Assembly (NCBI GenBank): GCA_903844645.1
Contig: CAIMUP010000098.1
Location: 7,571 to 71,570, forward strand
DNA length: 64,000 nucleotides
Reading direction: 5' to 3'
From: an uncultured Bacteroidota bacterium
GTDB taxonomy: Bacteria > Bacteroidota > Bacteroidia > AKYH767-A > JABDAW01
Position 1 is the stretch's first letter. Every line of letters begins with the position of its first letter. The translations under genes and the position numbers were made by a program. Under the pieces are notes generated by a model, which saw only the letters and a list, made by a program, of their open reading frames with translations, did no database searches and was not told the origin of the DNA. This document shows positions 51,014 to 60,212 of the stretch, in pieces.

Positions 51014-52417
51014 ATGGAAAACCATATCTTAAATATAATATACCTTCTCGCTTCCGTCCTTTTCGTAATAGGATTAAAGATGTTGAGCCATCCCGAGACT
51101 GCTCGCAAAGGAAACCTTTGGGCAGCCATGGGAATGTTCATGGCTATTGTCGGAACCATTGTTTTGCATCACCATACTTCGCTGGAACCAATAAAAATAA
51201 TTCTTATCATAGGAGGCATCGTCATCGGAACCATTATCGGGGCAGTAGCCGCCCGAAAGGTAAAGATGACCAAAATGCCAGAGATGGTTTCCCTCTTCAA
51301 CGGAATGGGTGGTGCTTGTGCGGGCTTAATTTCTTTAATAGAATTCTCTCACCTCGAAGAAGCCCCCGTGCCTCCAACGATGAAAACAATCTTCACCATC
51401 ATCTCCGGATTAATCATCGGCAGTGTTTCCTTCTCTGGTAGTATGATTGCCTTCGCAAAACTAAACGGCACCTTGAGCAAATCCGTCCGCGTACCGAGTT
51501 ATAATCTCATCAACAATATCTGGTTGTTAGGCATCGCCGCCTTCGCTGCCTTCATTGTATTCAGCGGAACTACCGACATCAAGTATGTCTATTTAGTCTT
51601 TGCCATGGCTCTGATATATGGTGTCATGTTCGTTGTCCCTATCGGCGGCGCAGACATGCCCGTTGTTATCTCCCTCCTCAATTCATTCACTGGCGTAGCA
51701 GCCGCCTTTGGAGGGTTCTTGTATCACAACCAAGTAATGCTTACAGGCGGAATATTAGTCGGTTCGGCAGGGACCTTATTAACCATCGTTATGTGTAAAG
51801 CCATGAATCGCCCCCTCTTCAATGTCATCTTCGGAGCATTTGGAGAAAGCGGAACTATAACAGGCGCAAGCGGCACCATGAGCGGTTCTATAAAAGATAT
51901 TTCCATCTCCGATTTGGCAGTGCTGATGAATTATTCCAAGAAAGTAATCATCGTTCCAGGATACGGCTTGGCAGTGGCGCAAGCCCAGCATGTTATCCAT
52001 GAATTAGAAAACCTTCTCGAAGAACGCGGAGTAGAAGTCAAGTATGCCATTCACCCCGTAGCAGGACGGATGCCAGGACACATGAATGTCCTCCTTGCCG
52101 AGTCCAATGTAGATTATTCCAAGCTGATCGAAATGGAAGAAATAAACCCCGAATTCCCCACCACCGATGTTGTATTAGTAGTAGGAGCTAACGATGTTGT
52201 GAACCCTGCGGCACATAACGACCCGACCAGCCCAATCTACGGAATGCCCATCCTCGATGTAGAAAATGCACACCATATAATAGTCAATAAAAGAAGCATG
52301 AATGCCGGATATGCAGGCATCGAAAACGAACTCTTCTACAATCCCAAAACAAGCATGTTATTTGGCGATGCCAAAGTCGCCCTCACCAAGCTCGTCGCGG
52401 AATTGAAGACCATGTAG
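51014..52417 (+). CDS. pntB: NAD(P) transhydrogenase beta subunit
   Basis: 467 aa with an N-terminal TM domain and a C-terminal NADP(H) domain (VPGYGLAVAQAQ, GANDVVNP). Confidence 0.95.
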   Translation: MENHILNIIYLLASVLFVIGLKMLSHPETARKGNLWAAMGMFMAIVGTIVLHHHTSLEPIKIILIIGGIVIGTIIGAVAARKVKMTKMPEMVSLFNGMGGACAGLISLIEFSHLEEAPVPPTMKTIFTIISGLIIGSVSFSGSMIAFAKLNGTLSKSVRVPSYNLINNIWLLGIAAFAAFIVFSGTTDIKYVYLVFAMALIYGVMFVVPIGGADMPVVISLLNSFTGVAAAFGGFLYHNQVMLTGGILVGSAGTLLTIVMCKAMNRPLFNVIFGAFGESGTITGASGTMSGSIKDISISDLAVLMNYSKKVIIVPGYGLAVAQAQHVIHELENLLEERGVEVKYAIHPVAGRMPGHMNVLLAESNVDYSKLIEMEEINPEFPTTDVVLVVGANDVVNPAAHNDPTSPIYGMPILDVENAHHIIVNKRSMNAGYAGIENELFYNPKTSMLFGDAKVALTKLVAELKTM

Positions 52418-52761
52418 AATTGGTGTTTTCTGCTCCTTTCAGAGGATATTAGCCGTTGCAACTCTTAATTGTTGATAACTTTTTCCCATTTCCATTAACC
52501 GTTCTGCTTCCCTCTGTTTACGGGGATATAGGGGTGTGAAGGTTGTAGTATTGTAACTATTTATTCTTCTTATTAATGCCTGGTTCTTACAGAGAATCTG
52601 AAATTCCCCTTTCGATGCTCGGTTTGAAACCCTGATGGTAGCGGTCTGAATGTAAACAGACCAAATTTTCTTGCAACAATTCCGGTAGTTGTTGCAGCTA
52701 CGCAAAGGGTAGGTTTCTTCCGATTTTTTCCTTCCCTTTTCACGCAGGTGGGTGGATTATT

Positions 52762-52975
52762 TACGGCAGCGGGGATATTATCTGCGTCAGCGGGGATACT
52801 TTTTGCTCCGGCGGGGATACCTTTTTGCCCAGCGGGGATACTTTCTGCGTCAGCGGGGATACCTTTTTGCCCAGCGGGGATACTTTCTACGCCAGCGGGG
52901 ATACCTTTTTGGTCAGCGGGGAACCCCGCCAGCTCAAATAATATCCCCGCTGGCGCAAATAATCTCGTACTTCAT
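52762..52975. repeat. 21-bp tandem array I, 8 units plus 2 inverted terminal units
   Basis: gcgggg cores at 52769+21n (8 times). Then ccccgc at 52924 and tatccccgctgg at 52942-52953 lie in opposite orientation and still in phase. Confidence 0.95.
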
Positions 52976-53040
52976 CTAATAATACACTGATTTATAATAC
53001 AATTAACAATTTTAAAATAGTAAAACGAATGACCATAACA

Positions 53041-53243
53041 CCCGTCAGGTGATTCTGTCCAACCTCCTGACGGGTTTTTCTCCCGTCAGGTTTTGATAAT
53101 TTAAAATCTCAACAAACATCATCTCGAATTTTACTACTTTTGCCAAATGCCTGAACAGAGAATTCCTTTAAATGAATACTAATAAAATATGGAAACACAA
53201 ATATCAAAACCTGACGGGAGAAAAACCCGTTAGGAGGTTGGAC
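53041..53243. repeat. REP-like hairpin cluster forming a 42-bp inverted-repeat pair
   Basis: 53057-53098 (gtccaacctcctgacgggtttttctcccgtcaggttttgata) is the reverse complement of 53202-53243 at 41 of 42 positions. Same hairpin family as 16834-16914. Confidence 0.9.
53135..53142 (+). promoter_or_regulatory. -7 box TACTTTTG between the 42-bp inverted repeats
   Basis: Matches TAnnTTTG and points toward the T9SS gene (ATG 53280). Confidence 0.4.
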
Positions 53244-53279
53244 AATAAAAATTATAGTATAATCAATAAAAATAAAACA

Positions 53280-55004
53280 ATGAAAAAAATTTACACAATC
53301 TTAATGCTCCTGTTCTGCCTTGCAGGATTAACAATGAAGGCACAAGTTCCTCAACTTGTATTCGCTACACAAAACCAAAACGGCGGTGCAACAATTATTA
53401 AAATCAATGCCGATGGCACTGGTTATTTTAGTGATACAATTGACTACGCAATGACTGGTGATAATTGGATTGTAGGCTCCTTTTGCAAGGCAAATAATGG
53501 TAGGCTTTACGGATTAACGGTTGATAATTGCTGTAATGGCTTTACTTATGAAGTGAACCCTGTTAATTTTACTCATCATATAAATAATCAGGGACTTGGT
53601 GGAGGTGCCTATCAAGGATTTTTACAAGCTAATAACGGATCATTATATTACTTTAATTGGACTGTATCAAGCTCCTATTGGAGTGTTGATGGTTCAATAG
53701 CAAAATATGATGTTAATACAGATTCTGTTCATGATGCTTTCGATTTTAGTAGTGCAACAACAGGCACTATCGCTTCTGGAACACCAATACAAGTTAATAG
53801 TGGCTTAGTATATGGAACAACAGAAGAAGGGGGAACCAATAATTATGGTACTTTATTCAGCTTTGATATCTCTACAAATTCATTTATGGTCATTCATAAT
53901 TTTGATGCTGTCAACCGGGGTGGACCATTTTTGATCCAAGTAAATAATGGAGCACTACTTTATGGAATGTCGAGTGCAGGAGGTGCTAATGGTGTAGGGA
54001 ACATATTCAGTTTTGATACTACTACCAATACCTATATTAATCTTCATGATTTTTCAACAGCAACAGGTTCCCAACCTTATGGTAAATTGCTTCATGCATC
54101 TAATGGTTTGTTGTATGGTGTAACGAGTGCTGGCGGAGCTAATAATGGTGGCGTTATTTTCAGTTATAATATTTCAAATCACACTTATACAGACTTACAT
54201 GATTTCGCTTTTGCGACTGGATGGATGACTGGAAGCGTTGGAATTACTGAAGGTGGCTTGATGCAAGCAAGTAATGGTAAACTTTATGGATTAGTTCCTT
54301 TTGGAGGGGATACAACTTTGTATAATCTTGGCAATGGTGCTTTTTTTAGTTTTGATATTTCTACCCATACCTATACAGACATCAGGAATTTTGTGTTGGG
54401 AGGTTTTTGGAGTAATCCTGTAGGAGTCCCTGTTGAAATTAGCAATAACAGTGCTTGCAATTCTTTCTTTACGCTTCATGCCGATACTTCACAAGCACAT
54501 CATTACATAGGATATAATAATTCTACTGGGAATGGTCCATTGCATTATTACTGGAGTTGGGGCGATAATACTCATGATTCCACACAATTCCCAAGTCATG
54601 TTTATGCCGATAGCGGGTACTATACCATTTGTCTTACCATTGCTGATTCCACAGGCTGTTCAAGTACCTATTGCGATGATTCGATCTTCTTGCAACGCAC
54701 CAAGAATTCAATGGTAACTGTAAATATTATCGGTACTACATTAGGGATAAATAATCCTTCTTCACAACCATTCACGGTGAAGGTTTATCCCAATCCAGCC
54801 AATAGTATTTTGAATATTCACCAATCAACTAATTCCCCCAATCAACTTATCATCACCGACCTTTTGGGTAATGAAGTTTATAAAAAATCACTCACCTGCA
54901 TTGATAATACCATCTCTATTTCCACCTGGAGCGCAGGCATTTATTTCTATGAAGTAAGAAGCGAGAAGGAAAGCATAAGAGGAAAGTTTGTAGTGCAGAA
55001 GTAA
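53280..55004 (+). CDS. T9SS-secreted repeat protein with PKD domain and C-terminal sorting domain
   Basis: Signal peptide MKKIYTILMLLFCLAGLTMKAQ, repeated G(T/V)xFSFD modules, a PKD-like segment (WSWGDNTHDS...YTICLTIADSTGC), and a Por_Secre_tail-like end (VKVYPNPANSILNI...IYFYEV). Confidence 0.85.
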   Translation: MKKIYTILMLLFCLAGLTMKAQVPQLVFATQNQNGGATIIKINADGTGYFSDTIDYAMTGDNWIVGSFCKANNGRLYGLTVDNCCNGFTYEVNPVNFTHHINNQGLGGGAYQGFLQANNGSLYYFNWTVSSSYWSVDGSIAKYDVNTDSVHDAFDFSSATTGTIASGTPIQVNSGLVYGTTEEGGTNNYGTLFSFDISTNSFMVIHNFDAVNRGGPFLIQVNNGALLYGMSSAGGANGVGNIFSFDTTTNTYINLHDFSTATGSQPYGKLLHASNGLLYGVTSAGGANNGGVIFSYNISNHTYTDLHDFAFATGWMTGSVGITEGGLMQASNGKLYGLVPFGGDTTLYNLGNGAFFSFDISTHTYTDIRNFVLGGFWSNPVGVPVEISNNSACNSFFTLHADTSQAHHYIGYNNSTGNGPLHYYWSWGDNTHDSTQFPSHVYADSGYYTICLTIADSTGCSSTYCDDSIFLQRTKNSMVTVNIIGTTLGINNPSSQPFTVKVYPNPANSILNIHQSTNSPNQLIITDLLGNEVYKKSLTCIDNTISISTWSAGIYFYEVRSEKESIRGKFVVQK

Positions 55005-55032
55005 AAGGTTCTTCATCAATCATAAAACAAAA

Positions 55033-55061
55033 AAGCGGTACATAATGTACTGCTTTTTTTA
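55033..55061. terminator. bidirectional hairpin terminator
   Basis: agcggtaca-taa-tgtactgct followed by ttttttt. An A run precedes it, serving the minus strand. Confidence 0.7.
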
Positions 55062-55083
55062 TTTCAGCAGCCTGTTTCTTTTT

Positions 55084-55319
55084 TTAATAGCTGATCAATT
55101 GCAACAACATCTGCTCGAACCGTGCTTTGGGGAGGAAATTATTTTCCAAGGCATCCGACATCGGCACAGGGGTATCCAAACTCGCAGCCCCCATCACAGG
55201 GGCATCGAGATAGTGGAAACAATTTTCGGCTATGTATTAACGCTCCCTTCACCGCAAAATGCTTTTATCACTGTACTATACCGATTTGGGAATCCCAAAA
55301 AATCTTAAACCAATTATTG
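55084..55319 (-). pseudogene. remnant of the 3' end of a 2-oxoacid dehydrogenase E1 beta (transketolase C-terminal domain) gene
   Basis: The minus-strand frame 55236..55084 reads YIAENCFHYLDAPVMGAASLDTPVPMSDALENNFLPKARFEQMLLQLISY-stop. This matches the conserved E1-beta C-terminus pattern F-x-[FY]-LDAP...D-x-P-x-P...LE-x-N-x-x-P. Upstream sequence to 55319 is broken by stops and frame changes. Confidence 0.55.
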
Positions 55320-57302
55320 TTACCGACCGGATAACGATGCCGCCTTATCGAAATTAAACTTTGCCTTCGCAGCATCACCCAGAGCCTGATAAATAGTGGC
55401 GATATATTTGTAATTATCTGCATCCAAAGTGTCGCATTCGGAGGCTTTAATAAAATAATTCAATGCCATCGGAAAGTCGTTCATACTGGCAAAATTAATG
55501 CCGATATTCTTATAAGCTTTTCCGAATTTTGGATTCATCGCAATCACCTTTTGAAACTCTCTGATAGCTTCATTCCGCCTCGTTAATGCGGCTAATACAC
55601 TGCCTTTGTCGTTATGCGATTCCAAAGAATTAGGATTCAAAACCAAAGCAGAATCCATCATCTCCAAAGCCTCTTCAAACTGTTTCTTTTGAAGGTATTG
55701 AATACCCACGTTATGAAATGAAGCACTCATATTATAAGCATCCGAAGTATCTAAATAATGATTCAACTTGCGGAGCTTTTGAAAGGAAACGATGGCGTTA
55801 TCTTCATCGCCTCGCAAGCTATAACACCGGGCCATGTCGCGGTATGCTATGTCGAGCGGAAAGATCCTCACCGCTGCTTGAAACTCATGGATGGATTGGT
55901 CTAAATAAACAACCTTTTTATCCGCATTACGCTCCTCAATATAGAGTTTATTCAACAACGTATTGCCCCACAGGTAGTGGAGCCGTGCACTTTTATCACT
56001 TACCATTATATCATGCCCGAACAAAGAAGTATTATCCCTCCAATCTTGGCTACGAGCAATGGTTTTAATGGAATACAATCCAACAATGATGAAGATAACG
56101 ATGAACAATTTGGGATGTATGGAAATGAATTGCCGAAGGGTAGCTTTTTTATTCGTATCCTTCATCATTTTGGTGTTCGTTTTGGTAACCTGAATTAATA
56201 ACAAAGTAATCCCCATGCAAAATCCTAACGAAGGAATGTATAGAAACCGTTCAGCCATTGGCGACCCTATGATCAAAAAGATATTGGCGACAGGAGCTAT
56301 AGTAATAAGATAAAATAAAATAGCGAAAGAGAAGATACTTTTCTTGCGGATAGTTAGAAGAGCATAGATGGCTATCGCGGCATAGAAAATAATTGCGAAG
56401 AGTGCAAGAATATCACTTGTGGAATGAATAGGAATTTGAGCGAAAGAATAATCGCAAGACAAAGGATGTGGAAAAACAAGGAGCAAAGCATACCTTAACA
56501 GAATATAAATAGCAGTTGTCTTTTGGCTAATAAAATTAGATGCCGCTATCAATGAATTATTTATTGGGGATGATAAATTAATGGAAGGAACAGCCTCCAA
56601 TACCTTACATCTTATTAACAAGAAAGCCCCAGTGGCAGCCAGAAGTATGCAAGCAATCATCATCAGCCTTTTTAAGTTTATAGATGTGAAAACATAAAGC
56701 AACAAAGGAATAATAAGAAGAAAAGAGATACCAATTTCCTTCGAACATAATGAAATAAAATAACAAATAGTAGCAAGAAACAGGATTAAGTTATCTCCTT
56801 TTTCATTAGCTCTAAGAAACAGAAAGATGGAAAACAAAGCGAATAGAAAGCATAATAATTCATCCGCGCTTTTGATGTTAGCAACCACCTCCGTATGTAT
56901 AGGATGCGCCACAAAAAGCAAAGTACATACGAAGGGAAGGATTAAGTTTTGTTTGGAGAATAAATTACAAAGCACGATAAACAAAAGCCAACAAGTAATG
57001 GCATAAAGCAAGACATTTATAAGATGAAAGGCGTGAGGATTATCAGGAAATAATTGCCATTCAATGGCGAAAAAAATCAATGAAGCGGGTCGGTACACGG
57101 GACCTCTTAATGTTTCTCCTAAACCGTACCAATAATCTGTTTTAAGAATCGTAGGAACAGCCGCCAACCCTCGTTTGGTTAGCTGATTATCTTTAGTAAC
57201 TGTTCCATCATCATAAGCATAGTCGAAAGAAATGCTTTGAGCATAAAGAAGGAATGCAAATAGAGCTATTGTTACGCCAAGCGAAATCTTTAAATGATTC
57301 AT
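55320..57302 (-). CDS. membrane protein with multi-TM N-domain (PMT_2/TMTC-like) and C-terminal TPR repeats
   Basis: About 400 aa with 10 or more TM helices, then about 250 aa of TPR-like repeats. Confidence 0.8.
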   Translation of the reverse strand: MNHLKISLGVTIALFAFLLYAQSISFDYAYDDGTVTKDNQLTKRGLAAVPTILKTDYWYGLGETLRGPVYRPASLIFFAIEWQLFPDNPHAFHLINVLLYAITCWLLFIVLCNLFSKQNLILPFVCTLLFVAHPIHTEVVANIKSADELLCFLFALFSIFLFLRANEKGDNLILFLATICYFISLCSKEIGISFLLIIPLLLYVFTSINLKRLMMIACILLAATGAFLLIRCKVLEAVPSINLSSPINNSLIAASNFISQKTTAIYILLRYALLLVFPHPLSCDYSFAQIPIHSTSDILALFAIIFYAAIAIYALLTIRKKSIFSFAILFYLITIAPVANIFLIIGSPMAERFLYIPSLGFCMGITLLLIQVTKTNTKMMKDTNKKATLRQFISIHPKLFIVIFIIVGLYSIKTIARSQDWRDNTSLFGHDIMVSDKSARLHYLWGNTLLNKLYIEERNADKKVVYLDQSIHEFQAAVRIFPLDIAYRDMARCYSLRGDEDNAIVSFQKLRKLNHYLDTSDAYNMSASFHNVGIQYLQKKQFEEALEMMDSALVLNPNSLESHNDKGSVLAALTRRNEAIREFQKVIAMNPKFGKAYKNIGINFASMNDFPMALNYFIKASECDTLDADNYKYIATIYQALGDAAKAKFNFDKAASLSGR

Positions 57303-57320
57303 AAGGAACAGAACTCCTTC

Positions 57321-58142
57321 TCAATCCATATCAGGAAGAGCAAGCAAAGGAATATGAGTATGAAACGCTAATTTCTTAGTGTTGCTTTCATGGATTATAT
57401 TCTCCACGAAGGAATGTTTACGCGGAATATTCACGATAATATCAGCATCAAAAGTAGTTAGATAATCATTGATTGATTCCGCAATATCTTCCCCTTCTAT
57501 TTGATGATACGAAGTATTAATTCCTTGTAATACGCTCGAATAATCTATTGCCAATAGAGCTTCTTGCTCAGCATTTTCAAGTTTATGAATCATGTTAACG
57601 ATGGCAACTTCGCAATTAAAAAGGGAAGCTATTTCTTTTAAGAAATTCAAGGTGGCGGGATTTGAAACACCACTGTTATCGCTTGCAAAAAGTATCTTCG
57701 TAGGCACTTTAAATACTGCATGTTCGGGAACAATAAGCACCGGATGATTCGCTTTTCTTATCACACCAGTGGCAACACTTCCTATCACCAATTCACTGAT
57801 GAGACTGACGCCGCGAATACCTAATACCGTCAAATCAGCACCAAGATAATTCATTTTTCTTACGATCTCTTCAACAGAATATCCGGGCGTGCTTACAACA
57901 ATAATATCTATGTGGTGTTTCTCTTTTAATTCCTTGACTATTTCGTTCATCTTGGAATTATTCATACCTTCCAATTGATCGGGAGACATAATAATAACCG
58001 GCATTTCAGTAGTCGTTATAGGTACTTCAAACACGTGGAAGAGTACCACTTTTGCTTTAATATGTTCAGCTATATTAACTGCGTAATGAAGTGCATTAAA
58101 GGAGTTTTCAGAGTAATCTATCGGGACGAGAATAGTTTTCAT
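57321..58142 (-). CDS. universal stress protein (tandem USP domains)
   Basis: ILVPIDYS N-terminus and two USP halves. Paralog of 47550-48410. Confidence 0.88.
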   Translation of the reverse strand: MKTILVPIDYSENSFNALHYAVNIAEHIKAKVVLFHVFEVPITTTEMPVIIMSPDQLEGMNNSKMNEIVKELKEKHHIDIIVVSTPGYSVEEIVRKMNYLGADLTVLGIRGVSLISELVIGSVATGVIRKANHPVLIVPEHAVFKVPTKILFASDNSGVSNPATLNFLKEIASLFNCEVAIVNMIHKLENAEQEALLAIDYSSVLQGINTSYHQIEGEDIAESINDYLTTFDADIIVNIPRKHSFVENIIHESNTKKLAFHTHIPLLALPDMD

Positions 58143-58199
58143 TTCTTATATCTTATATTATTATACCCGACAAAATTAGAAAATCTTTGGTTAATATAT

Positions 58200-59012
58200 T
58201 CACAACTCTTGCAAGAGATTGGTGAACAGCGATGTTACTTTTCCTTCTGCCTCGGAGGCTACTTTCAATACCTCTTCATGGGTAGTTTCTTTCACTTCAT
58301 CTGGTATGCCAGCATTGGTAATTATGGCTACGGCGAAGCATGTTATACCCAGATGCCGGGCTGTTATCACTTCTGGCACAGTGGACATTGCTACGGCATC
58401 GGCACCTATCGTTAGGAGGTATTTATATTCTGCCCGAGTCTCTAAAGATGGTCCTGCGACGGCAACAAATACACCTACATGATAATGAATTCCTAATGCC
58501 TCTGATATCAATACTCCTTTCTGAATTAATTCTTTGGAATATGGTGCGCTCATATCGGGAAAGCGAACGCCATAATCTGAATTATTTGGTCCTATTAACG
58601 GATTGCCGGGAAGAAGATTGATATGGTCTTCAAAGATCATAATATCGCCGACACGATATGCCGAATTCAAGCCGCCACTAGCGCATGATAGTAATAAAGT
58701 ATCTATCCCTAATAGCTTCAATACCCTTATAGGCAGAGCAAGTTGCTGCATTGTGTATCCTTCATAGAAATGGAATCGTCCTTGCATTACCACCACCTTT
58801 TTACCTCCTAATTTCCCGAAAACCAAGCGTCCTTCATGTCCTTCTACTGTTGATATTAGGAAGTTAGGTATCGCTGTATAATGTAGAATATATTCTACTT
58901 CCATCGCATTCACCAACCCCGCCATGCCACTACCTAAAACGATGCCGACTGTGGGTGTTTCCGGCACTTTAAGCCTTATAAATTCAGCTATTTGTTGTAT
59001 TATTTCTGACAT
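58200..59012 (-). CDS. purine nucleoside phosphorylase (PNP family I, trimeric type)
   Basis: GIVLGSGMAG, GRFHFYEG and AVAMSTVPEV motifs. Confidence 0.93.
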   Translation of the reverse strand: MSEIIQQIAEFIRLKVPETPTVGIVLGSGMAGLVNAMEVEYILHYTAIPNFLISTVEGHEGRLVFGKLGGKKVVVMQGRFHFYEGYTMQQLALPIRVLKLLGIDTLLLSCASGGLNSAYRVGDIMIFEDHINLLPGNPLIGPNNSDYGVRFPDMSAPYSKELIQKGVLISEALGIHYHVGVFVAVAGPSLETRAEYKYLLTIGADAVAMSTVPEVITARHLGITCFAVAIITNAGIPDEVKETTHEEVLKVASEAEGKVTSLFTNLLQEL

Positions 59013-60066
59013 AAGTTACGATTTGGTCATTAAATAATGTTTCATCATCCGGGATAAATACGGTCGTGATAGGTACATAATAAATCGGAGTCATCATTCC
59101 TAATAATTCTCGCGGCATATCTGTAAAACGCATCAAATCCTTCTCGGTAGTAAGGATTACCTTCTTCGCATTCGGAATATTATTGAAGTTTTTGGCAATC
59201 TTAATTACATCCTTCCCGGAAAAATTATGATGATCCGGAAAAAACAATTCATCAATCGCAGGACAAATTGTTTTCAGATGATTTAATAACACCATCGGCT
59301 TCGCAATACCTGTTATTAAAAGAATATGATAGGTGCTCAAATCCAGCATGACACTGTCGCGGGGCGTTGCAGTTGCATCCAAATCATACATCATAATATC
59401 GCCGTATTGTATATAACTGAAATAAAGTGTTTGATGTTCATCGAGACGAAGATAAGCCTTGATTTTTACTCTTTCATCCTCCGTAATATCTTTTTTACAT
59501 TTGCTGATCACAATAATATCAGCCCTTTTCTTCCCCGATTTAGGCTCCCGAAGATTACCAGCAGGAAGCATGAAATCTATAGTATAAACCGCCGCATATT
59601 CTATCAATAAAATATTCATCCCAGCCCTGACGGAGCGGTGTTGATAAGCATCATCCAACAATATTAATTGCAGATGATAATTCTGTATCAAAGCCCGAAT
59701 CCCGACAGCACGTTTCTCGCAAACTGCGACCGTCACATCCGGAAACTTTTGTTTATATTGCTTCGGTTCATCTCCCACCAACAGGCTTTTGACATGCGGC
59801 GAAGCGATAACGAATCCCTTAGTCCTGCGACCATATCCGCGACTAAGGGTTGCTATCTTAAAGTCATCTTTTAATAACTTAATCAGGTACTCTGTCATAG
59901 GCGTTTTGCCCGTTCCTCCTACCACCAAATTACCTATCGTAATCACCGGAAACGGGAACGATTCGCTATGAAAAAACTCTTTATCAAACAATATATTCCG
60001 TATCCTCATCACGATAGAATAGACCAGCGAAACGGGCAACAATAAGAGGCGAAAAAGTTTTATCAT
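58984..60066 (-). CDS. lpxK: tetraacyldisaccharide 4'-kinase
   Basis: VGNLVVGGTGKTP P-loop, 360 aa. Overlaps the PNP gene start by 29 nt. Confidence 0.92.
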   Translation of the reverse strand: MIKLFRLLLLPVSLVYSIVMRIRNILFDKEFFHSESFPFPVITIGNLVVGGTGKTPMTEYLIKLLKDDFKIATLSRGYGRRTKGFVIASPHVKSLLVGDEPKQYKQKFPDVTVAVCEKRAVGIRALIQNYHLQLILLDDAYQHRSVRAGMNILLIEYAAVYTIDFMLPAGNLREPKSGKKRADIIVISKCKKDITEDERVKIKAYLRLDEHQTLYFSYIQYGDIMMYDLDATATPRDSVMLDLSTYHILLITGIAKPMVLLNHLKTICPAIDELFFPDHHNFSGKDVIKIAKNFNNIPNAKKVILTTEKDLMRFTDMPRELLGMMTPIYYVPITTVFIPDDETLFNDQIVTYVRNNTTNS

Positions 60067-60212
60067 ATCGCTGGCGAAGATATAAATACAACCGGTTAAG
60101 ATTCAAGGTTTAAAGTTTAAGGCAGATGCCGCATTCTACGAACTTTAAATCTTAAACTTCAGGCTTTAAACTCTCATCACAAGTGAAATAGTATTGATAA
60201 TGATACGATTTT

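Noticed and set aside
52418-52745. ORF 52439-52705 (minus) or a structured RNA downstream of pntB
   Set aside because: The translation is low-complexity with no motif. Several short hairpins exist (ggtctg-N8-cagacc, caacaa-N9-ttgttg), but I could not match RNase P, SRP, tmRNA, 6S or any riboswitch signature. I leave it uncalled. A covariance-model scan would settle it.
53172-53279. N-terminal 36-codon extension of the T9SS protein ORF
   Set aside because: The extension runs through the right 42-bp inverted repeat and encodes no signal peptide. A canonical signal peptide begins at ATG 53280.
55045-55334. Plus-strand ORFs 55045-55308 and 55122-55334
   Set aside because: They lie antisense to the E1-beta gene remnant and start inside a terminator hairpin, so they are shadow ORFs.
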